The notes below the pieces were generated by a model. That model had not been told where the DNA came from, ran no database searches, and was given only the letters and a program-made list of their open reading frames with translations. Both the position numbers and the translations under genes were made by a program. Below, in pieces: positions 1 through 12,500 of a stretch of DNA of 64,000 bases. Position 1 is the stretch's first letter; every line of letters starts with the position of its first letter. The stretch comes from Narcine bancroftii (lineage: Eukaryota): contig NC_091472.1 of the NCBI RefSeq assembly GCF_036971445.1, forward strand, positions 127,224,001 to 127,288,000, in the 5' to 3' direction.

Positions 1-585
1 ATGGTGCACCTGCCAACTGGAACCATTTCTATCTATCTGTTCTGCTAGTTCTTCCTCAAATGATTGCTTCAGGCATTATCCTGACTACAGATGTTAAGCT
101 AATTGGCCTATAATTACCTTCCTTTCCCTTCAATCCATTTTAAAAAAAAAAGTGGTTTGATATTTGTTGACTTCCAAGCTGCTGGAACCTGCTCAAAGCA
201 TTGCAGTAAATGATCACAAATCCCTCTACTAAAGCCTGCCATTTCGTTCAGTAGCCTGGGATGCATTCTATCAACATATCTAGCTTTAGGCCAACTAGTT
301 TGCCCAAGAGTACTTCTAGAGGTAGCAATTGTATTAAGGTCCCATTGAATCAGATTGCACAATGCCAAGTTGGGGCCTGCAACCAGGAGCAAAACTGCAC
401 AGAGAAACAGACAAAGGTTCAGGTTAATTACCTCACCAGAACTGAAATGTGAGAAATCAATTTTAACACTGAGAAAGAGGTATTAGAGGGAAGATGGATG
501 TCTTAGACAGGGTGAAGACTAAACATTGGAGGAAACAAAATACTTTAAATTCCAAAAGAACTAAGACAAAAGGAAACGTCATTAC

Positions 586-834
586 CCAATATTGTTGACT
601 TCAGTCGTCCAGAGAGCTGCAATGGACCTAAGATGAAGTACTTTTCCTTTTGTTCTCTCATTGGCCTGATATGCCGAGAGGGATGGAGAATTTAAGTGAC
701 TGGCATCTAGAAATTCAGTCACTCCTGCAGACCAACTAGAGCTGATCTGCAATGTGGACATCAAACCTGCATTTGGCTTCTCCACTGTCGAGACCATGTT
801 TTGAACAGATTTCATTGGCACTGGTATTGTACTT
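586..834 (-). other. Exon-like segment of unknown affiliation
   Basis: Branch point/pyrimidine tract acceptor tgactaaaaactttttttttctgtag|; 249 nt open in one frame; donor GG|gtaatg. Confidence 0.4.
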
Positions 835-1261
835 CTACAGAAAAAAAAAGTTTTTAGTCAATTATAGACCTCAGAGGGAGATAAGAAATGAGCAACACAA
901 CATAGCCTTGTTAGTGACATGTGTTCCATAATGAACTTTGGGAGGGAACAAAAATTGACAGATAGTAGCAATATCATGGACAAAAGGCTTAAATTACTTG
1001 ATGAAATCATTTTTCCAGTAGTACATCATTATCTACAGAGATTTGGGAAGCAAACGGGATCTTTGTTGTATCCTTGCTTTCCCAACTATATTTTATCTGT
1101 TTCTGGCAATAATCACTCCAACTAACTTTGAAAGTATGAAATATTGAAGGAAGTAATGTGCAGTTGAAGAGGACAGAGTTTTCACAGAAGCCCTTACCAT
1201 TTCAGCACAGAATAAATTTTAATCTCCGACAAAGCCCTGCCCTTGCTCTTGATGGTTCTTT

Positions 1262-1674
1262 GGTTAGACCCTGTCAAATCACCATGTAACTGGGTCATGC
1301 TGGCAGAGCAGTTCCAGTGGCGTGAGGGATTATGGGTAAGGAAGATGGCCATTGCTCCCGCATTGAACCGTTGCTGCGAACTGGAGAGGTGTTTTGAAGC
1401 AGCAACACATCGCAATTCCCCCCAATCGCGGCTCCATTCCACTCCACCACGGAAGCAGGCACCTGAGTAACTGGGTCAGCAATTTCCCTTTTCAGATCAC
1501 CAGAGCAAGACGCCCAGGTAATTTTTACTGGATTCCCGGACCATCTCTGAGGTAGGCCAGCGATCCAATTGGGTTCTGACTGGGTTGACCCAGTCAAATC
1601 GCCATGTAACTGGGTCGCTAACTGTGCAAGTTGCCCAGTTAACCCCATTTTACATGGCAGTTTGAAAGGGCCTA
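1262..1674. mobile_element. Non-autonomous DNA element remnant, possibly Harbinger-like
   Basis: Internal direct repeat GACCC(T/A)GTCAAATC(A/G)CCATGTAACTGGGTC at about 1267 and 1587; end CAGTTTGAAAGGGCC resembles Harbinger-type TIRs. Confidence 0.35.
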
Positions 1675-3051
1675 GAGTCTCACATTTAATCATTAAACTT
1701 CCACATTTCATTTTTGCCTTTTATTTTCTTCCTATAAAAATCACTAATTCTCTGCACAGTAAATTTATTTAAATTTTACCCCTGTTTAGGTATAATCATC
1801 TTCTGTACTCAAATTTTTAATCATTCTAGTGTCAAGGATCAAGCCATACTGCTGGCAAGGTCCATCTTTCTAAATGGATTTGTCTTCCGAGGAGAGAATT
1901 AAATTGACTGGTCTTGTGCAAGTTTAGAAGAATGAACCAATTGAATGTGCTATGAAAAATGTGGCTTCACAGGGTGGATGCAAAAATGGAATTTAAAACT
2001 GAGGGGGGGGGGGGGAAACAGGAAAAGACATTCCCAGAGCAAGGACTGAGACAGGAGGCTTTTCATTCTGAATAGCAAATCTTAGAATTCCCTGTCCAAG
2101 GGCTGTGGCAGCTCAACTGCCCACTACAATCAAGATGAGTCGATAGCAAGGGATATGGGATTAATAGCTGAGAGAAGAACAGAGGTGCAGTAAAGTAGTA
2201 AAGAGAGTAGTACATTGGGGGTCTCTGCGGCTGAGGGACCAGTGCATGCAGTGGGCTGCTGGCAACTCGAGGTGAGGAACACGCAGACTGCTGAAGACTG
2301 GCTCGAGGGGTACCAGGCATTAGACTGGAATGAGAGGAGCCAAGGGCACTGAAAGGTTCCTGACTGTTCGGACGAGGAACTCAGGTTGCCAATGGTTTGG
2401 ACAGCAAGAGCACTGGAGATGAATCTACAGGCACTTGGGGAGGGGAAAAAGACACTCTTTTGCTCCTCTCTGTGTCTAAATGTGAATGTAAAAGGCGATT
2501 AGGCAATTCCTGCTAGTGGTGAATCTGTCCACCTTGCAGCAGGCATAAAGAAATTTCATGTAATATGCACACTATGATAATAAATTGAATCTTGAAAGAA
2601 TAGCTGTGTCTTCACAGAATGATGGAATGGAACTGAATGGCCTATTCCAATTTCCATCTTAAATTAGAAATCTTTCTTTATGCAGCTGTCCAAGATTCAG
2701 AATTCAAATATGACGTGAGCTTCAATTAAAATGCTCACCAGAAGCAAACTGAAGACATCGTTGATCAGGACACTAAAACAGTTTAACCTGTTATCTCCCC
2801 TTTCCAACTATATCAGTATCATAAAACCCATCTCCCCAAAAAGCTTTCTCCCCTTCTGGGCTATCTGGATATGGATCACGTTTCTGCTTTACAAAAGTAA
2901 GAGACCAGAGGTCCTCCAACTCTGCAGTGCTACCATGTTATCATCTCTAAGTACTGTAGGTATACAGCTGGAACATTTATTTCCCTTGGGCCTCTTAAAT
3001 TTCAATTCCTAACCCACCGAAGTTAGACATAATGAAACATTTTGCCCATTT

Positions 3052-3057
3052 TTTATT
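3052..3057 (-). terminator. Candidate polyadenylation signal (AATAAA) of the RABGEF1-like gene
   Basis: TTTATT on the + strand about 125 nt downstream of the stop codon. Confidence 0.4.
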
Positions 3058-3179
3058 GGCATTTCAGCCTATAAAATTCTTTCTTTTTGTGCCATCTAAT
3101 GACAATTATTGTACAAAGTTTGATTCTCAAAAAATAATTGAACAGTCACAGTTACACAGATTGTACCTTCCAAAGTACC

Positions 3180-3506
3180 TCATTCTGTATTTAAAGTGCT
3201 TTGGAGTGGAAACTTTTCAATGGTCTCCTCCACCTTCTCCTCAACCGAACGTTTCCATTGTAGAACCTCTTGTTCCAATTTCTTTGCCTCACTAATAATA
3301 CGGTCCTGCCTCTCCCATACTTGAGAAAAGAGCAGCTGGAGATTCTTGTGCATCTGCTGGATTCCAGGGTCTGCAGCGTGGAGGGGGGGGGAGCTCTGAA
3401 TCTTACTAACTGGTAGTTTGTCACCTTGCAGATATTGTTCAAATTCTTCATGGGAGAGATTGAGAGAGGGACCATTCAACTTCTCGATAAAGGTGACTGC
3501 ACAGCA
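3180..3506 (-). CDS. RABGEF1: RABGEF1-like last coding exon (VPS9 end and coiled coil)
   Basis: Acceptor tttgcattccag|TGC; [26 protein letters not shown]...QMHKNLQLL...[14 protein letters not shown]...EKFPL; TGA at 3182-3180. Confidence 0.94.
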   Translation of the reverse strand, partial: CCAVTFIEKLNGPSLNLSHEEFEQYLQGDKLPVSKIQSSPPLHAADPGIQQMHKNLQLLFSQVWERQDRIISEAKKLEQEVLQWKRSVEEKVEETIEKFPLQSTLNTE

Positions 3507-6500
3507 CTGGAATGCAAAGAATACAATCGCAAAATAAGAAAATAAAATTCCTTTGATTCTTCTGCTCAATATCATAAAACTTGCAGTTTTCTCAGATTTA
3601 TTGTTAGAGTACATACATGACATCTCATACAACCCTGAGATTTCTTTCTCCTGCAGGCACAGCAGAATGATTGGTAGTGCAAAGATAACAAATGTAAACA
3701 AACTGCAATACAGAGAGAACAAAAGTAAATCAATAAAGTGGACAAGCAAGTCCTTAAATGAATCTCTGATTGACTTTGTCGTTGAAGAGGGGTAGCAGCT
3801 GTTCCTGAACCTGGTGGTGTGAGTCTTGTTGCTCCTATACCTCTTTCTTGATGGCAGCAGTGAGAGAAAAGAGCGTGGGCTGGGTGGTGTTGTTCCTTGA
3901 TGATTGCTGCTGCCCTCCGACAGCAGTGTTCCCTGTAGATGTACTCAATAGTGGAGAGGGTTTTGCCTGTAATGTCCGCACTATTTTTGGAGGGTTTTAC
4001 ACTCGGGGTATTGGTGTTCCCATACCAGACTGTGATGCAGCCAGTCAGCACACCTCAGTAGAAATTTGCCAGGATTTCTGGTGTCATACCAAACCTCCAC
4101 AAACTCCAGTTTAAAAAAACAAGTTGGAGAAGTGTCAAGAAATTGATCCCTTTCCCTGTGTAATACATTTACCAAATCGAAGTTTACATAATAGAAAAAG
4201 TGAGCAATTGGTTCTTGCTGGAGAAGTCCAAAACTATCACCACGCGGTTACTCATTCATGTGTCTATTTGTCAGATATTTGTCCCCTGACTATGCAATAA
4301 CTACTGGCTTACAACTGTTACTAGCATATGCCACTGAATTAACAGTGACAACTGGACAGTACAGTGAGGCTACAAGTAGTGTTCCTGCTTCATTGCTCTG
4401 GTGACAGGTTCAATTCTAACCTTTGACACTGTCCGTGTAGAGTTTGCACTGTCCAGTGTTCATTTTTCCTTGACCATTTCGATTTCCTCCCACACCCCCA
4501 AAACCAATTGGCCAGTAATTGGCCGCCATAAAATACCCCTAGTGTTTTTTTTTAAATATAATGGGGAGGGTGTGGAAGAATAGCTTTTGAGGATACAATC
4601 AGGTTGGTGGGATTAATTGCTGAGAGTGGCATGACAGGCTGAACTGTCTCCTTCCCCATTATAAGAAAACAAATCTTTGAGCCGAGCATCATTTCTTGTG
4701 TGGGTGACAGTAGAAGCTAAGGGCAACTGTAGCTCAGATTCTCAGACTGATCTTAGACCAAGTTACAAGCACAAGGAAAGCATTAAAAACATCTTCCATA
4801 GAGTGTTTTGGTGAACAACAAGATGTAGTTCTGCAATAGCAAGACCCAGAGTCAAAAGAACAGCTCAGGGTTTGTAGGACATCATTTGTAGTGTGATCCC
4901 ATCAGACAGTCAGATCTGCTTAAGGTCTGGTCAGGAGACTACAAATTAGCAGCTTTTAGAAACTGGGAACTTATTTCAAATTCTCTCAGCAATGTCAGCA
5001 CCCAATCTCAAACACAACTCCTTGTCGAAGTACTTAGCTAAGAATTCCGGTTTTTTTCCCCATTTTAACAATACAGCACAGTAGAAGGCCCTTCGGCCCA
5101 TTACACCCAATTGATCTAAAATATCGGATGCACACAGAGGCATTGAAGGGCATTCACACAAATAGATGAGTTTCTTTTTTTTTGCCAAAATTTTGTAAAA
5201 TGCCAATTACTGCAGAGCCATTGAGATACAACAAGCCAGTGGACAACAGCCCCAAACATTTGGAGAAGTTATGGAGCCTACAGGTATTGGAGAATTATAC
5301 CATCCACTGTGCAGGAATAGCAATGCTCTCAGATCTCAACTGCAGAGAGATCACTTTAAATGGTAGTTAGTTGAAGGCAATGGTCTGAAACAGTTTCTCC
5401 AGGTGGGAGTAGGAGAGATGGAATCATTGATGTGTGTTAAATGGTCATTTATCTGGGTGGAATGTTCACCAATGGCTAATGAGAGCAGTGCTCTGCTCCA
5501 GACACAATGATCCCAGTAACAGAGTGAAAGCTGTTTGAAAAGGATTAAAAAAACTTTAAATAATTTACACCCAAAAAACAAATTCAATAAATTACTCAGT
5601 GACAAAAAATAACCGCTGTTAACAAGTCATCAATGCTCCCATGTTTTCAACTGGGCTTACTCCACTCACTCTGCTCAATGCATCAGAATATTAGTCAAAT
5701 GAGCAGAAGCTGCCACTTACCAGATTGGTAAAGTAGTAACCTGCCTCGCCTGTCAGCAGTCGCTTGGGGTGGCAAAAGCGGATAATATACTGGATGTTGG
5801 AATGCAGCCGGGGAGGGTTCACCTTCAGCACCACATGAATCAAGCTGGAGAGAAAGTCATCTGCAGCCGCTGGCCTGTCATTGGAGGTCTGGATTGCAGA
5901 AAAAATGTGCCGGCTGCATTTTGAGATACAGGCCAGCTTATCCAGTGGAGCTCGCTTTGAATCCATCTTAACGATTGCTAATGTTTTAAGAAAGAAAATA
6001 TATATATTTTTTTAAAGTTCAGATTTATTGTTGAAGTATAAGTACTCACCAACTTACGACGAAAGGATCGGTCATATCTCGAAATGGACTCAAGTCGGAA
6101 TTTTCCCCACGCATGTGGAATGCCAAAGTCTTAAAGCAAACTTTTTAAATCAAATGTTGTATTTGACAAATTATAACAAGGATACAGGGCATGTAAGAGC
6201 CAAAATGTGCATACCTACCTTGTTAGACGGCGTCCCGGGGTCAATGACCAACAAGGTAAGTACACACATTTTGGCTCTTACATGCCCCATATCCCTGTTA
6301 CAGCTTGTGAAATACAACATAAACATTATTATATTTTTTCCTATATACATTTTTTTTTAAAATTAGGTCGCAAGTGCAGATGGATGCAAGTCACATAGGT
6401 TGCAAGTTGGAAAGTACCTGTACATACATGACAACACATACAACCCTGAGATGATTCTTCCTGCGAGCTAGGCAGAATTTCTACTTACTGGTTGTGCAAA

Positions 6501-9500
6501 AAAAGTACTCAAGAGAGAAATGTAAACAAAGAAAAATATAAATAAAATGATTGTGGAGTACAGAAAATAAATATTCAATAATAAATGTGCATTATCAAAT
6601 AAATATCTGAACTCATCAACAGTGGGCTGAAGGGCCTATACTGTGCTGCAATGTTCTATGCCCGAATGCAATTGGACCTAGTCTGTAGCTCATTTCAGGA
6701 CACCTGGTTTTCTATATAGAAACCAAATGTACACCTCAATTATATTCCAATCTGTCACTTGGACTTAGGTGGCAGATACCTGTCATTTCAAAACTCTCTA
6801 TGGCATCACTGAGTGAACCACAAGTTAGGAGTGGGTTTAGGATTCACAGTAGACAATATTTTTTAAAAAGTCTAATTAAACAGCATCCTACACAAGCGGT
6901 CTAAATTCTATGTAAAAGTTCCTATAATCGGCAGCACAGAGAACTCATGATTTAAAACATGACAGCAAAGTCCCCCAATAAGAGGAAGACTTCTCCAGTA
7001 AAATGTAGAATGGAGGATGCATACAAACATGTATGGTGGGAAATTCAATCCCAGTCATACAGAAGTGGTAGGCTTCAGGAGTGACTAACTAGAGAAATGC
7101 CCAATCATGTGTATTCCGGTTGCAAATAGTGATTTGTAACCACGTCTGCAATTTCAAAAAGCAGAATGTCTCCTAGCATGGAGGCACGTTTGGTGTAGCA
7201 GTTAGTGCAATGCCTTTACAGCGCCAGTTTCAAATCCCATACTGTGAGGAGTTTGTACGTTATCCGTGTGTCTGCATGGGTTTTCCCCAGGAGCTCCAGT
7301 TTCCTCCCACCATTCGAAACGTACCAGGGGCTGTAGGTTAATTGGGTGTACAGTAATTGGGCAGCACAGACTCGTGGGCCGAAATAGCCTGTAACCGTGC
7401 TAGATGTCTAAATTTTTTTTAAATTAAATTTAACATTCCACCGTCCTTTATTCCTTGCCAGAAGGCTTGCACACCATTATTTGGATCACTGGGTCTACCT
7501 GGAGCAGATCAGATAGTCCAAAATTGCAGCCATAGGGATGCATTGCAATGCAACGGGTACACAGAGTCAAATGCAACAAATAAAGGGTTACAAGTTTTGT
7601 ATTTAAATGCACACAGCACAAGAAATAAAGTGTATGACCTTGTAGTACAGCTACAAATTGGCAGGTATGATGTGGCCTTCCTGGAGTCATGGCTAAAGGA
7701 TGGATGTCGTTGGGAGCTAAATGTCCAAGAATACAAAGGGTTTCTAAAGGATAGGTCATGGGCAACAACATAATAAATCATTAGAAATAAGTTATATGGG
7801 ATTTGAAGATATAGAATCATGGTGGGTTGAGTTAAGAAATGGCAAGGGTAAAAATACACTATTAGCTATTATATACAGATCTCCAAAAAGTAGCCATGAT
7901 GTGGACAAAAATTTGCTGCAGCAGATAGAAAAGGCAGGTCAGAAGTGCATTATTATTGTAGTCAAGGGAGTTTTTAACATGCAAGTAGATTAGGAAAACC
8001 AGGTTGAGCCTAGATCTCAAGAGAGTTTGTAGAAAGCCTTCAAGATGACTTTTTAAGAGCAGCGTTGATGACCCCACTAGAGGTTCTGGTGTACTGGATA
8101 GGAGCATTAGAAAATGACCCTGGAGAATTAATAATGGGAGACAAGAAAATGGCAGAAGAGCTAAATGAGTATTTTAGATCAGACTTCATTGTGGAAGACT
8201 TTAGCAGTGCCAGATGTCAAAGGGTATCAAGGAAGGGAAGTGAGTGCTGTTACTATTTCAAGGGAGAAGAAACCCAGAAAGTTGCATGATCTAAGGGTGG
8301 ACCAGATGCACCCTTGGGCTCTGAAAGAAGTAGCGGTAGCAATTGAGGTAATGATCTTTCAGGAATCAATGGACTTTCAGGAATCAATGGAATCTGGTAT
8401 GGTCCCAGAGAACTGGGGGAGAAAAAATTACAAAAGTCAACACACTATTCAAGAAGGGAGGGAGGCAGCAGAAAGGAAATAATGGACTAGTTAGCCTGAC
8501 AACACCGGTTGAAAAGATGTTGGAGTCAATTGTCAAGGATGAAGTTACAGAGTACTTGGAGGCACATGACAAGATAGGCCAAAGCCAGGATAGTTTCCTA
8601 AAGGGGAAATCTTGCTTGACAAATCTATTGGAATTCTTTGAAGAAATGACAAGCAGGCTGGTTAAAGGAGATGCAGTGGATGCTGTAAATTTCGATTTTC
8701 AGGCCTTTGACAAGGTGCCACACATGAGGTGACTTAAGAGCCCATGGTATTACAGGAAATATACTAATGTTGGTAGAGCATTGGATGATTGGCAGGAAGC
8801 AAAGAGTTGGAATACAGGGTTCATATTCTGGTTGGCTGCCATTTGCTAGTGGTGGTCCACAGGGGTCTGTGTTGGAGGCACTTCTTTTTATGCTGTACAT
8901 TAATGATTCGGATTATGTATGAATGGCTCAGTGGCCATGTTTGCAGATGTAGATGGAGGAGCAAGTAGTATTAAGGAAATTAGGTAGACTGGGACTTTAT
9001 TCATTGGAGTGTAGAAGGTTGAGAGGGTATTTAAAATTATGAAGGGAATAAATAGAGTAGATGTGAATAGCCTCTTTCCCCTGAGGGTAGGGGAAATTGG
9101 AACAAGGAGTCATAAGTGTTAAGGGGCAAAACTTTAGGAGTAATATAAAAGGATGCTCCTTCACTCAGAGAGTGGTGGCTGAGTGGAATGATCTTCCGGA
9201 AGAGGTAGTTGCGGCAGGGACAATTTTATCATTTAAGATGAGGTTAGATGAGTACATGGATGTGAGGGGGTTGGAGGGTTATGGGCAAGGGACTGGGTAG
9301 TGGAACTAGTGGAGTTTCACGTAAATTGGTGCAGACTAGAAGGGCTGATATGGCCTGTTTCCGTACTGTAAAATGTTATATGGTTATAGGGATGGTGCAG
9401 AAAAACTTGGGATGGACTAGGAGAATGGACATATGTAATGGAGGATTTAGACCATGCTTTTGCTTATACAAGTTTAAGTATCAGTAACCTACTTTGAGAA

Positions 9501-12500
9501 TAATGTATGAAGCAGACATAATCTAAATTCCACCATGGGGCCCAGAGATGCAGTTGTCTTTTGTTGGTCGCAGACTGTCAGGAGACCTTGAAGATAAGTA
9601 AATAATTTATTCAGGGTTATGGGCTATAAGTAAACAATTTTTGAGTAATATAAGCCATGGTCCCGCTGCTGAAGTTTCAGACTCTCTGAGGGGTGGAAAC
9701 GTCTTTCAACAAGAGGAAGAACTAGAGTTCAACCAATGTCCTGGTCAGGGGAGGTGGAGAAGCTGCTACCGGCGCCCCAACAACCTACTACAAGTGTGCG
9801 GTCGTTGCCTCACTTCGGCAGTTGGGACCAGTCCAGGCGTTGATAAGTATAATTGGGAAGGACTTGTATATTGTACTTTGAAATCAGCTTTAGATTTAGT
9901 AATAAAGATTTGTATAAACTGAAGTGCTCTCGGCGTGTGTCTCTGTTTTCTTTCGGTAGCTCGAACACTGACCAACCTAAAATGAACAAAGTGAGACGTA
10001 CAAGTTTACCAGAACAATTGGCGCTGCAAGCAGGGTTGGTCTCAAGATGTTTTGCCGAAAGAAAGAGGTGAGCCCTGAGCAGTTCTTGATTCCAGGATGG
10101 ACTTCCAAAGACGATGGGTTTGGCATGTTGGCCAATACCCTGTCTTTGTTGGGACCACCCATTAGTTGGGATGAGAGGTTAGATCCATCAACTGCGCCTC
10201 TGGGAGAGTGGGTTGCCACTCTCCTTCGAGAAAGTAAATTTCCTGATAAAAAGGGGACACTGACGGACGGTTTTTGGCTGCTGGCCACAGCCTTACGCCA
10301 CGCTGTTCAGCGTGAAGCAGAATTAGTTCAGCGAGAAGTAGAATCCCAGCACAAGAGAGAGCAACTAGAGGAGGAGATAGAAGCTGTTCCATGATGAGCG
10401 AAATTGTTCGCACCAATCAGGACTGAGTCGAAGAATGGGATAAGCACGTCCAAACGATCTGCCTTAATATTAAACTTTGGCAGCAGCTCTGTGCAGATAA
10501 GGAAAAGCAAGGGGTAGAACCCGATGCACATCGTATTCATGCCATGATAAGGAATGGTGATGATCCTGATGTAATTGATGATTGGGACAGGAATATCTGG
10601 TATGATGTAATGGTAGAGATTGAAGGGATAGATGCCCCGGCCTCCCAAGCGGACCTAGGGGAAGGTACCCGAACCCCTGCTTATGTTCTATGGCCCCCCC
10701 TTCTATGGGATGGCCCAGGCCATCCCTATAACCCATCATCAGTAGATTGGGATTTACATTTGCAGAACAATTGGGGCACCCCAGAGGAGGGTATAGCAGT
10801 AATTCGTCAACAGACCCTGGCCTCTGCCTTGTATGCAGGGCGTTTGAGGCTGTGGGTACGTTGGAGGGAGCCCTGACGAAGAGATGTTCACGGCCAGAAT
10901 GCATACCCGATTGGTTCGTTCCGCCCAACCCACTGTACGGGGACTGGTTCTGTCCGTAACTAGTCCGCTAATTGGGCACCCTGTGTCTGTGTCTGAAGGG
11001 TTGATATGGCCTGTTTCCGTACTGTAAAATGTTATATGGTTATAGGAATGGTGCAGAAAAACTTGGGATGGACTAGGAGAATGGACATAGAAGTGGCAAA
11101 TGAAATAATGTCAGAAAGTGTAGAGTCATGCACTTTGGTAGAAAAACAAACATGGGCAGACTATTTTTTAAAATGGAGAGAAAATTTTAAATACCCAGAC
11201 ACAAAGGAAACTGGGAGTCCTTGTGCAGGATAACCTGAAAGTAAATGTGCACTCAGTGCTGAAGAAGTCAAATGAAATGCTGGCATTTATGTCAAGAGGA
11301 ATAGAATACAAGAGCAAGGATGTGATGTTGAGGATTTACAAGGTCCTGGTGAGACCTCACTTGGAGTATTGTGAATAGTTTTGGCATCCTCATTAAAAGG
11401 AAAAGGCTGTGCTGACATTAGAGAGGGTTTAGAGGAGGCTCACAAAGATGACTCCACGAATGAAAGGGATGTAATGTGAGGAGCACTTGACAGCTCTTGG
11501 CCTGTACTCATTGAAATTTTGGAGAATGAGGGGATCTCATGGAAATATTTCAAATGTTCGATGTAGAAAGGTTGTTTCTCATGTTGGGAGAGTCTAGGAC
11601 AAGAGGGCACAACTTCTGGATTGAAGGGCATCCGCTTAGAACAGAGATGGAGGAATTTCTTCAGGCAGATGTGGAAAATCTGTGGAATTTGTTGACACAG
11701 GCAGTTGCTGTGTGTACAAATGGCAGAGATTGATCAGTTCTTGATTAACCAGAGCATCAAAGGCTATGGGGAGAAGGCTGGGCAGTGGTGCTGAATGGGA
11801 AAGTGTTTCAGCTCGTGATTAAATAGTGGGGCAGACTTGATGGGGCGATTAGCCTATCACTACTACCCCTCCATAAATCTTCGTCCACGAAGCCAAGCCA
11901 AAGGAGGACTCCAATGTCTCATGGTCTCATTATCAATTCCCGACCCACACAAGCCAAGCCACACTAAAACAATCTAAAACGCTGAACTGTGCAGAGCTAA
12001 ACATGAACAAGAACCAGTCCTCACAAATACCTCCTAATTTATTGTTAGCTACAAGCAGCAGTTAATCAAAAGGTAGCTGTATGAACAAAACTCTCCATCA
12101 ACATAAAAGCTTTGCAAACAAAACCACTCCCATAAAAAGTCATATTTAAACCAACAGCTGCAAAAGCTCAGACCATAAACAACTTGACATCTTTGGTATT
12201 CAAGAAACTGTGCTCCTATCCCTCAAGAATAACAAAAACAGTGTGATGTCACTTCTATTATCCAATCCCCACAGAACTGAGGTGTTGTTGCTTAGAAGTC
12301 TACATCTTATTGGAAAGTAGCATGCAATAGATGACGACAGTTAATTAAGAAAGATGAAATTAATATCATAACGATGGTTTTGTGCATTATTCAGCCCAAA
12401 TATCCTTCCTCTACAACACCAAAAATTGAGCAGTGTATAGAACCCAACACCCACCATTTAGGCAAAACTGAAGGATGGCAACATTGGAAACCCTATGTGT

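Noticed and set aside
3507-3749. Hydrophobic N-terminal extension of ORF 3180-3749
   Set aside because: Intron and Rex tail upstream of the acceptor at 3507-3508.
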